A stretch of 64,000 nt of DNA from Anaeromyxobacter sp. Lineage in GTDB: Bacteria; Myxococcota; Myxococcia; Myxococcales; Anaeromyxobacteraceae. The stretch is taken from positions 18,169-82,168 of the forward strand of contig JASGJN010000019.1 in NCBI GenBank assembly GCA_049840735.1, given 5' to 3'. Each line of letters begins with the position of its first letter. Positions within the stretch are counted from its first letter, which is position 1. Shown here in pieces: positions 11,580-22,211 of the stretch. The notes beneath the pieces were generated by a model. The model did no database searches. It saw nothing but the letters and a program-made list of their open reading frames with translations, and was not told the DNA's origin. Both the position numbers and the translations under genes were made by a program.

Positions 11580-12626
11580 GTGGGCCACCCCAACCTCGAG
11601 AACCGGACGCCGTACGCCTTCGAGCCCGTCTTCGTCTCCGACGAGGAGGGCCGGCCGCTGCTGGTCGCGGCGGTGAAGGGCACCTGGGACCTGGGCCCGG
11701 CCGTCCCGGCGCTGGCGGAGGAGCAGGCGCCGCTGGAGCTGGCCGGCGTGCCGCACGGCGAGGACCCCGCCAGCTCCAGCTGGAGGTACGAGCCCGAGGG
11801 CGGCTGGCTCAAGCCGGCCACCGACGTGGTGCTGGTGGGCAGCGCCGTCGCCCCGCGGCCGCGCACCGCCGAGCTGCTGGTGGCGCTGCAGGTGGGCGCG
11901 CTGCGCAAGGGCGTGCGGGTGCTGGGGGATCGCGCCTTCTACCGGTCGGTGGCGTCGGTGGGCATGACCGCGCCGGTCCCCTTCGAGCGGATCCCGCTGC
12001 AGTGGGAGCGCGCCTTCGGCGGCTGGGACCGCTCCAGCCCGGACGAGCGGAGGCACACCTGCGAGTTCCGCAACCCGGTCGGCCAGGCCTTCCGCGCCGG
12101 CGGCGCGCGCTTCGAGGACGGCGTCCGCTGCCCCAACCTCGAGGACCCGGCCCGCCCGTTCAAGGGCTGGGGCGACGCCCCGCCGCCGGCCGGCTTCGGC
12201 TTCGTCTCGCCGGACTGGGAGCCGCGGCGCAGGCTGGCCGGCACCTACGACCAGCGCTGGGAGGAGGAGCGGGCGCCGCTCCTGCCGCGCGACTTCTCGC
12301 GCCGCTTCCTCTCCGCGGCCTCCGCCGGGCTGGTGGCACCCGGCTACCTGCGCGGCGACGAGCCGGTGGCCGTGGCCGGGGTGACGGCGCAGGGGGGCCT
12401 GACCTTCAAGCTGCCAGGCTTCGAGCCGCCCAGGGTGAAGGTGATCCGGCGCAACGCCGCCGACGGGACCATCGCCACCCAGCTCGACACCGTCATCATC
12501 GACACCGACGCCATGAAGCTCTTCCTGATCTGGAAGGGCGAGGTGGTGCTGCAGCGCGAGCCGACCGAGGTGCAGTCGCTGGAGATCACGCAGGCCGGCG
12601 GGCCGGCCGCCCGGGACGCGGCGTAG
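11580..12626 (+). CDS. DUF2169-family protein (T6SS spike/PAAR accessory)
   Basis: GTG at 11580 with GGGAG 9 nt upstream. NLENRTPYAF...KPATDVVLVGSAVAP...VLGDRAFY...ERAFGGWD...AGTYDQRWEEERAPLLPRDF matches the DUF2169 pattern. Confidence 0.8.
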   Translation: MGHPNLENRTPYAFEPVFVSDEEGRPLLVAAVKGTWDLGPAVPALAEEQAPLELAGVPHGEDPASSSWRYEPEGGWLKPATDVVLVGSAVAPRPRTAELLVALQVGALRKGVRVLGDRAFYRSVASVGMTAPVPFERIPLQWERAFGGWDRSSPDERRHTCEFRNPVGQAFRAGGARFEDGVRCPNLEDPARPFKGWGDAPPPAGFGFVSPDWEPRRRLAGTYDQRWEEERAPLLPRDFSRRFLSAASAGLVAPGYLRGDEPVAVAGVTAQGGLTFKLPGFEPPRVKVIRRNAADGTIATQLDTVIIDTDAMKLFLIWKGEVVLQREPTEVQSLEITQAGGPAARDAA

Positions 12627-12643
12627 CGAGAGGAGCGAGGACG

Positions 12644-13108
12644 ATGCCTTCCAGCGTGGGCGTGAACAAGCTCTCCATCGTCAACGCCGACACCAACGGC
12701 GTGACGATCGCCTTCCCCGACGTGTGCAAGACCCCGAGCCCCGGCGGCCCGGTGCCCATCCCCTACCCGAACATCGCCAAGTCCTCCGACACGTCCAAGG
12801 GGACCAAGAAGGTGAAGGTGGAGGGAAAGCCGGTCTGCATCCAGGGCTCGACCTTCGCCATGTCCACCGGCGACGAGGCCGGCACCGCCGGCGGCGGCGT
12901 CGCGTCCAACAAGATCAAGGGGCCGGCCGAGTTCGTGAACTACTCCTTCGACGTGCAGCTGGAGGGGAAGGGGGCGGCGCGGTCGTTCGACCTGATGCTG
13001 CACAACCAGAAGAACACGCCGCCCTTCCCGGTGCTGCAGGGGCCGGTGATCGCGATCGGGAAGATGAAGGGCACGGAGAAGTGCCTGGTCTGCGAGAAGG
13101 AGCTCTAG
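12644..13108 (+). CDS. DUF4150 PAAR-like protein, stand-alone (no toxin extension)
   Basis: ATG at 12644 with an AGGAGCGAGG RBS. FPDVCKTPSPGGPVPIPYPNIAKSSD...VKVEGKP...STGDEAGTAGGGV is the DUF4150 signature. The protein is 154 aa and ends CLVCEKEL. Confidence 0.8.
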   Translation: MPSSVGVNKLSIVNADTNGVTIAFPDVCKTPSPGGPVPIPYPNIAKSSDTSKGTKKVKVEGKPVCIQGSTFAMSTGDEAGTAGGGVASNKIKGPAEFVNYSFDVQLEGKGAARSFDLMLHNQKNTPPFPVLQGPVIAIGKMKGTEKCLVCEKEL

Positions 13109-13111
13109 GCC

Positions 13112-13609
13112 ATGGCCCAGCGCGCGCGGAAGCCCGAGGTGCACCTGCTGGAGCGCGCGGCCGCCGCACCGGCGGTGGGCCGCGTGGTGTCGTTCGAGCG
13201 GGGCGTGGTCCGGGTGGAGCACGCCGGCCACACCGGCGGCCCGCTCCGCGCCCGCACCTCGGCGGCGCTGGACGACGCCGCGCTGCAGGCCGCGGCGCAC
13301 GGTCAGCAGGAGGCGCTGCTCGTGTTCGAGGGCGGCGACCCCGCCCGGCCGGTGGTGGTGGCGTTGCTCCGCTCCGAGACGCCGCTCACCGACGCGCTGC
13401 TGGCCGGCCCGCTCCCGCGCGCCGGGAAGACGGCGCGGCTGGACGGGAAGCGGGTGGAGCTGGAAGGGCAGGACGAGGTGGTCCTGAGGTGCGGGAAGGC
13501 CAGCCTCACGCTCCGGCGCGATGGCAAGGTGGTGCTGCGCGGGGTGAACGTGGTGACCCAGGCCGATCAGGTGCACAAGGTCAGGGGTGGAAAGGTGCAG
13601 ATCAACTGA
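13112..13609 (+). CDS. small gp5/VgrG-like protein (OB-fold-like N-terminus plus short beta-helix-like C-terminus; DUF6484-like, tentative)
   Basis: 165 aa. VGRVVSFERGVVRVEH...ALLVFEGGDPARPVVVALL is followed by VELEGQDEVVLRCGKASLTLRRDGKVVLRGVNVVTQADQVHKVRGGKVQIN, which resembles the VgrG/gp5 tip repeat. Confidence 0.5.
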   Translation: MAQRARKPEVHLLERAAAAPAVGRVVSFERGVVRVEHAGHTGGPLRARTSAALDDAALQAAAHGQQEALLVFEGGDPARPVVVALLRSETPLTDALLAGPLPRAGKTARLDGKRVELEGQDEVVLRCGKASLTLRRDGKVVLRGVNVVTQADQVHKVRGGKVQIN

Positions 13610-13634
13610 GGCTCGAGGCACCAGCGAACCAGCC

Positions 13635-14768
13635 ATGGCCCATTCCCAGGGCGCACTCCCGATCACCGGCATCGGCCTCGCGTCGAGCCTCGGCGTCGAT
13701 GCCGTGGGCGCCTGCGCGGCCGCGCGGGCCGGGATCACCCGCGTCTCCGAGGGGGACGGCGCGTTCGTGGTGCTCGACCGCGAGGCCTTCAGCGTGGTCC
13801 CGGTCGCCGGCATGCCGGTGGGCAAGCTCACCACGGGATTCGCCGAGCTGGGGCGCTGGGTGCGCCTCGGCGGGCTGGGGCTGGGAGATCTGCTGCGCCG
13901 CCACCCGCTCACCCCGGCCGAGCTGGCCGAGACGGCGGTCCTGCTGGCGCTCCCGGGCGATCACCTGCTCACCGCCGCGGCCGCGCTCCGCAAGCAGCGA
14001 GGGGCTCCGGCGGAGCCAGGTGGCCCGACCTATCAGGAGCTCGTCCCCTACTATCGCAGCGAGCTGCCCGCCAAGCTGTTCCGCGCGGTGAGCCGGCCGG
14101 CGCCGGCGCATGCCGAGGTCTTCTTCGAGGACGAGCCGGGCTTCCTGCGGGCGCTGGTGCGGGCGCGCCAGCTGCTCGAGGAGCGCAGGGTGAGGCGCTG
14201 CCTGGTGGGCGGCATCGACTCGCTGCTCGAGCGGTCGTGGCTCGACGCAGCGTTCGAGCTGGGGCTCCTCAAGACCGCCACTCGTCCCACCGGGTTCATG
14301 CCCGGCGAAGCGGCCGCGTTCCTGCTGCTCGAGGGGGAGACAGAGGCACGGCGGGCGGAGCGGCCGGTGCTGGCGCGGCTGGAGGGGATCGAGGGGCGGC
14401 CCGAGGCTGAACGCGGGAAGGTGGTCGGCTCGAGAGGACGCGCGCTGGCGGAGCTCATCGGGGCCTCGCTGCGTCAGGCCTCTCGCCCCTGCAGCGGCTT
14501 CTACTGCAATCTCAACGGTGACTCCGGCCGCGCCCAGGAGTGGGGCTTCGCGCTGGTGCGCTTGCCGCAGGAGGCGCACCCGGCCGCCACCTTGCTACCG
14601 ACGCTCTCCTTCGGCGAGACGCGCAGCGCCTTCGGTCCGCTCGCCGCCTGCATGGCCGTCCGCGCCTTCGCGCGCAAGTACGCACCTTCCGACTCGCTCC
14701 TGGTCTGGCTCGCCTCCGAGGCGGGCGGGCGCGGGAGCTTCGTCGTCACGCGGGAGCGCCGAGCATGA
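13635..14768 (+). CDS. beta-ketoacyl-synthase/thiolase-like protein lacking the catalytic triad (copy 1)
   Basis: 377 aa with a KS-like layout (ITGIGLASSLG, VGGIDS, GFMPGEAAAFLLLE, FGETRSAFGPLAA). By-eye alignment puts FFEDEPGF at the A-C-x-S-G site, NLNGDS at HGTGT and GETRSAFG at GHxxGAAG. Confidence 0.7.
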   Translation: MAHSQGALPITGIGLASSLGVDAVGACAAARAGITRVSEGDGAFVVLDREAFSVVPVAGMPVGKLTTGFAELGRWVRLGGLGLGDLLRRHPLTPAELAETAVLLALPGDHLLTAAAALRKQRGAPAEPGGPTYQELVPYYRSELPAKLFRAVSRPAPAHAEVFFEDEPGFLRALVRARQLLEERRVRRCLVGGIDSLLERSWLDAAFELGLLKTATRPTGFMPGEAAAFLLLEGETEARRAERPVLARLEGIEGRPEAERGKVVGSRGRALAELIGASLRQASRPCSGFYCNLNGDSGRAQEWGFALVRLPQEAHPAATLLPTLSFGETRSAFGPLAACMAVRAFARKYAPSDSLLVWLASEAGGRGSFVVTRERRA

Positions 14769-15457
14769 GCGGGAACAGCGAACACACGCCCAAACCCGTC
14801 GAGATGAAGGGCGTGTTCGAGCGGAACGAGGAGTACCGCGACAACTGCCAGGGCGGGTGCAAGGGCGGCTACCACGGGCACCGCTGGGACGCGCACCACA
14901 TCCTGCCCTGCACGTCGTTCTCGGAGGCGAGCGCGTTCGTGCGCCAGTGCCTGGAGGCGACCGACTACGACATCAACAAGACCTACTCCATGTGCGGCCT
15001 CCCCCGGCTGACCGCGTTCATCCTCTACTTCCAGTCGGACAAGAGCATCCCGTTCGTGTTCGACCGGGAGCGGACGGTCACCATGCGCCGGTGGGGGAAG
15101 GTGGCGCAGTACCTCAAGGACCAGGGCAAGCCGGTCGTCTTCCCGGGAGAGCTGCCGGTGCACAACCCAGTGCACTGGGGGCACACCGACTACAACGTCC
15201 AGGTCGCCAAGTCGCTCAAGCAGAACGTGTTCAAGCAGATCATGGTCCGGGCGAGGCAGGAGAAGCACTTCAAGCCAGAGGAGATTCGGGCGCTCCTGGA
15301 AAAGGAGCGGCAGAGCTTCTGGAACCAACTCCAAGAAATCCCGCGCAAGCCCGGCGGGGGTGGGCTGACGGGAATCGAGAACAACCTCAGGCACCGATAT
15401 GACTCCGCCCGCGACGGCTGGTGGAAGCCGATGTGCATGACGGAGACCATCAGCTGA
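14765..15457 (+). CDS. AHH-family (HNH/EndoVII fold) nuclease toxin, copy 1
   Basis: The ATG overlaps the upstream stop (ATGA at 14765-14768). Motifs are RWDAHHILP, DYDINKTYSMCGLP and HWGHTDYN. The protein is 230 aa with no recognisable trafficking domain. Confidence 0.7.
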   Translation: MSGNSEHTPKPVEMKGVFERNEEYRDNCQGGCKGGYHGHRWDAHHILPCTSFSEASAFVRQCLEATDYDINKTYSMCGLPRLTAFILYFQSDKSIPFVFDRERTVTMRRWGKVAQYLKDQGKPVVFPGELPVHNPVHWGHTDYNVQVAKSLKQNVFKQIMVRARQEKHFKPEEIRALLEKERQSFWNQLQEIPRKPGGGGLTGIENNLRHRYDSARDGWWKPMCMTETIS

Positions 15458-15508
15458 AGCACCCATCTCACCCAGCCTCGCCTGAGCGGATCAGCGGCCG
15501 GAGCCTCC

Positions 15509-16091
15509 ATGCCCTTCGTGCAGATCCTCGACGACCTTCGACGCCAAGACGGCCCGTTTCAAATCCGTCAAGGGGTTCGAGGACACGTTCGAGTTCCTGA
15601 TGGGAATCCCGGTAGCCGACCATTTCCCGTCCGATGCCACGTTCGAACGATGAGCGAGGACTTCCCGGACCGGATCGCCTTGCAGGACTTCCTGCCGAAT
15701 GAGGACAGCGTGCTCGTCGTGAGCGAGCGGGTGTTGCGGATCCTGGAGGCGGAGAAGGTTCAGCACCTCGAGTACCTTCCCGTCCGTGTCGTCAACCACA
15801 AGGGGCGCAAGGTCCCGGAGCCGTATTTCATCCTGAACCTCCATCCCTTCGTGGACTGCGTCGATCAGAAGCAGAACCAGGTTCCAGCTGAACGACGTGA
15901 ACCCGGACGTGTGGTACGGCGTCACCGACCTGACCCTCCGGGAGGACGCGGTCCCGGCGGACTACAAGCTCTTCGGCGTTCCTCGGATCCCGGGGCTGGT
16001 CATCGTCGAGCAGGAGCTGGGGGACAAGCTGAGGGGGGCCAAGCTGGAGGGCTTCAGGCTGGTCGAGCTTTCCAAGGCCGAGGAAATCTAG
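15509..16091 (+). CDS. Imm11 (DUF1629)-family immunity protein, copy 1, reading frame broken about 3 times
   Basis: DFPDRIALQDFLPNEDSVLVVSERVLRILEAEKVQHLEYLPV and the C-terminus VWYGVTDLTL...LEGFRLVEL parallel the intact paralogues at 28428 and 30159. Shifts lie near ~15530, ~15645 and ~15880. Confidence 0.6.
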
Positions 16092-16141
16092 TTCGTCGCC
16101 ACCCTCGCGGCCCGCGGTTCAGGCGGGCGCGTCGGACCTTC

Positions 16142-16945
16142 ATGGAACCCATCTCCGAATGCTGTGAAGACCTGGTCGTCCTCCTGAACGCCCACGCCAC
16201 GGCCGCGGACAAGGCGCCGACGGTGGAGGACCGGGTAAGGGCCGCCGACGCCGCCTGCGCCTACTACCAGGGTGTGGGGATCTGCGAGCTGCTGCTGGAC
16301 GCCGAGGTGGATGCCTTCTTCCACCACTTCATCCGCTCGGCGCAGTCGCGCCGGTGGGTGCTGCAGCAGCGCCCTGGCCCTCTGGGCACGGTCCCATCCG
16401 TCTCCGGGATCATGAAGGCCAGCAACACGCGCGGACTGTTCGCGGCCATGGCGGCCGGCCAGTGGCGCCTGGCCGAGGACATCGCGCGCCTGTCCCCCGA
16501 CGCCTGGAGCGCGGCGGACGAGTACGAGGACGACTTCTGCTACGCGTCCTTTCTCCACGGCCACCTGCTCGGCGCCGCGCACGACCAGCTGGACGCGATC
16601 CTGGCGCGGTTCGAGAAGGCGCTGGAGGGCGGCGAGGCGGTCCGGCGGGACCTGTGCCGGGCGCTGCTGGCCAAGGAGGCCAGCGCCCTCCTGGCCGCGT
16701 TCGACGCGCTCATCGCCGAGCGGGACGAGCACCTGGCCAAGCTGCGCCAGGGGCCGATGTGCCGGGACTCGCTCTTCACGCCCTTCGCGTCGGTGTACGT
16801 GGAGGGGCTGGCCTGGCTGGCCCTGCTGGAGCGCGCCGGCGTCGCCACGCCGGCCGAGGTGGACTACTGTCCTGCGCTGGTGCGCACCACGGCCTTCGCG
16901 CCCTTCGTGCCCAGCTCCTTCCCGGGGTTGCCGCTGGAAGGCTGA
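16142..16945 (+). CDS. all-helical putative immunity protein (Imm49-like, tentative), paralogue 1
   Basis: 267 aa. It shares the pattern DEYEDDFCYASFL ... ALEGGEAVRRDLCRALL ... VYVEGLAWLALL with four other ORFs in the island. Confidence 0.5.
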   Translation: MEPISECCEDLVVLLNAHATAADKAPTVEDRVRAADAACAYYQGVGICELLLDAEVDAFFHHFIRSAQSRRWVLQQRPGPLGTVPSVSGIMKASNTRGLFAAMAAGQWRLAEDIARLSPDAWSAADEYEDDFCYASFLHGHLLGAAHDQLDAILARFEKALEGGEAVRRDLCRALLAKEASALLAAFDALIAERDEHLAKLRQGPMCRDSLFTPFASVYVEGLAWLALLERAGVATPAEVDYCPALVRTTAFAPFVPSSFPGLPLEG

Positions 16946-16961
16946 GCGCGCTGGAGGCGAC

Positions 16962-17766
16962 ATGGGTCGGATGTTCGAGGCGGCAGAAGACGTCGAGATC
17001 CTCCTGGCCAGCCACGTGGCCGCGGCTGCGCAGGCCCCGGAGCTGGCGGACCGGCTGACCTCGGCGGACGCGGCCAGCACCTACTACCAGGGCCTCGCCA
17101 TCTGCGAGCTCCTGCTCGAGCGCGACGCGGACGCGTTCTTCCACGACGCCATCCGCAGCGCGCAGTGCCGGCACTGGGTGCTCCGGCACCGGACCGGGCT
17201 TGGCGACCCGGCGCCGCTCGCGGGCATCCTCAAGGCCAGCAACACGCGCGGACTGTTCGCCGCGCTGCTCTCGCGGCAGTGGCGGCTGGCGGCGGCGATC
17301 GCGCAGCACGCGTCGACCGACTGGAGCAAGCGCGACGAGTACGAGGAGGACTTCCTCCACGCCCACTTCCTGCATCGCCGTCTGCTCGGCGCATCGCCCG
17401 GCGAGCTCCAGGAGAATCCTGCGACGCTTCGAGGTGGCGGTGCAGGGCGGCGAGGCGCCGCGGCTCGACCTCTGCCAGGCGCTCCTGGTGCGCGATGCGG
17501 CGGCGGCGGAGCAGGCGTTCGCGGCCCTCATCGTGGAGCGCGGGCAGGAGCTCCAGAAGCAGAAGCGGGCTGGCCTCGACGCCGACAGCCTGTATCTGCC
17601 GTTCTCCCGGGTCTACACGGAAGGGCTGGCCTGGCTGGCGCTGCTCGATGAAGCAAGGATCGGGATCGCGGGTGAGCTGGACTACTGTCCCCAGGCGGCC
17701 CGGGCCGCGGTCTACGCGCCCTTCGTGCCAGGCCCGTTCCCATCGGAGCCGCTCCCGGGGAGCTGA
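16962..17766 (+). CDS. all-helical putative immunity protein (Imm49-like), paralogue 2, frameshift near 17412
   Basis: Tandem to paralogue 1. It carries DEYEEDFLHAHFL, AVQGGEAPRLDLCQALL and VYTEGLAWLALL, split over ORFs 16962-17651 and 17200-17766. Confidence 0.5.
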
Positions 17767-17841
17767 CCCCAGCGACTGCTCCATGCGTGCCACCTTTCGG
17801 GGCCTTGCCCTCACCCGGCCGGCGCGGAACACACTCCGGTC

Positions 17842-18411
17842 ATGACCGACCCCAAGTCCTTCGTCTCCTCCGGGCGTGACCTGGAGGACAGCTTCTTCCT
17901 CCAGGAGGATCGCAAGCTGCTGGAGTGGCAGCGCAAGCTGCGGCAGCAGCAGGAGAGCCGGCAGGCGTTGGCCCAGGCCTCCGGCATCCGCGACGAGAAG
18001 GTGCTCGATCGCCTGGTCGCGCTCGGCGTCCGCCCCGAGAGCCTGGCGCCCCTGGCCCTGTTCCCGATCATCGAGGTGGCCTGGGCGGACGGGAAGCTCG
18101 ACGAGCGCGAGCGCAAGGCGGTGCTGGACGCCGCCGAGGCGCGGGGCTACAAGCCCGGGCAGCTGGAGTACGAGATGCTCCAGAGTTGGCTGCAGCACCG
18201 GCCGTCGCCCAGCATGTTCGAGACCTGGGAGCACTACGTGGCGGGCCTCCTGCCGCAGCTCGGGGCCGACGAGCGCGCGTCACTGCGGGGCGAGCTCCTG
18301 CAGCGGGCCCGCAAGGTCGCCGAGGCCGCCGGCGGGTTCCTGGGCCTTGGCAAGATCTCCGCCAGCGAGGAGGCCGCCATCGCCCGGCTGGAGCGGGCGC
18401 TCGCGGGCTGA
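17842..18411 (+). CDS. TerB-like (tellurite-resistance TerB/DjlA-N-like) domain protein
   Basis: 189 aa. LFPIIEVAWADGKLDERERKAVLDAAEARG...RGELLQRARKVAEAAGG resembles TerB-type helical modules. Confidence 0.45.
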   Translation: MTDPKSFVSSGRDLEDSFFLQEDRKLLEWQRKLRQQQESRQALAQASGIRDEKVLDRLVALGVRPESLAPLALFPIIEVAWADGKLDERERKAVLDAAEARGYKPGQLEYEMLQSWLQHRPSPSMFETWEHYVAGLLPQLGADERASLRGELLQRARKVAEAAGGFLGLGKISASEEAAIARLERALAG

Positions 18412-18441
18412 GCGGGTCTCGTTCCTTTCGCCGCACCGCTG

Positions 18442-18472
18442 CACGGACCGTGGACCGCCTCCACGGTCCGTG
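18442..18472. terminator. perfect 13-bp stem / 5-nt loop hairpin after the TerB-like gene (no U-tract)
   Basis: The arms are cacggaccgtgga (18442-18454) and tccacggtccgtg (18460-18472), with loop ccgcc. Confidence 0.35.
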
Positions 18473-18485
18473 TCATCGTCCCCGC

Positions 18486-18836
18486 GTGCTCTGGGGCCGG
18501 ACGCTCATCTACGCCTTCGTCGAGTTCGTCTGGGTCGGCGCGGTGGTCACCATCGCCTGGCTGCTGATGGCGGCCTACCTCGGGCGCTTCGCCGACAAGC
18601 TGCAGGACCGGCTCGACGAGCGCTGGAGCCGGACGATCTTCGTCGCCTGGTTGACGCTCGGCGTCGGCCTGGGGCTGTGGCTCTACCGGCTGGCGCTGGC
18701 GCGAGACATCGTCGCGAAGGTCGGCATCGAGGCGCCGGAGGTGAGCCGGTACCTCTACACGGCGGGTCTGCTGCCCCCGGTCGCGGCCCTCGCCGTGTTC
18801 ACCTTTTGGGTATCGCGGATCAGGGTCTCCTTCTAG
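18486..18836 (+). CDS. small membrane protein, hypothetical
   Basis: GTG at 18486 in ORF 17925-18836. Three or four hydrophobic segments are present (LIYAFVEFVWVGAVVTIAWLLMAAYL, IFVAWLTLGVGLGLWLY, LLPPVAALAVFTFWV). Confidence 0.4.
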   Translation: MLWGRTLIYAFVEFVWVGAVVTIAWLLMAAYLGRFADKLQDRLDERWSRTIFVAWLTLGVGLGLWLYRLALARDIVAKVGIEAPEVSRYLYTAGLLPPVAALAVFTFWVSRIRVSF

Positions 18837-19071
18837 AGGGAGCTAACCCCTCGTGAAGACACCCGGGGTGACGAGGGGCGGCGCTGCGGCGCAACGGCGC
18901 ACGAGTGTCGGCTTGCCTGGGTGATTTCACCACTGTACCGTCGGTGTAATCCGGATCCGGGCGGTACCCTGCCAGGCTCACCACCACGGTCGCGCGGTTC
19001 GATTGGCCGTGAGAGGCCTGTCTGCTCGCGCGTCGAGGCGGGCTTCGCGCCGGAACCGAGAAGGACCGGCC

Positions 19072-22197
<3,126 letters not shown>

Positions 22198-22211
22198 GAG
22201 GGAAGCCCACC

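Noticed and set aside
13112-13609. This ORF as the missing VgrG.
   Set aside because: At 165 aa it is far too short. It lacks the gp27-like part and is at most a gp5-like tip module. No full VgrG is present in the window.
12344-13912. 522-aa minus-strand ORF.
   Set aside because: It lies antisense to the DUF2169, DUF4150 and gp5-like genes and is low-complexity in composition. It is a shadow ORF.
13635-14768. KS-like genes (also 26415-27506) as genuine fatty-acid or polyketide synthases.
   Set aside because: By-eye alignment shows no Cys at the nucleophile position and neither catalytic His. No ACP, acyltransferase, KR or DH genes are nearby. Each KS-like gene is overlap-coupled to a nuclease toxin instead.
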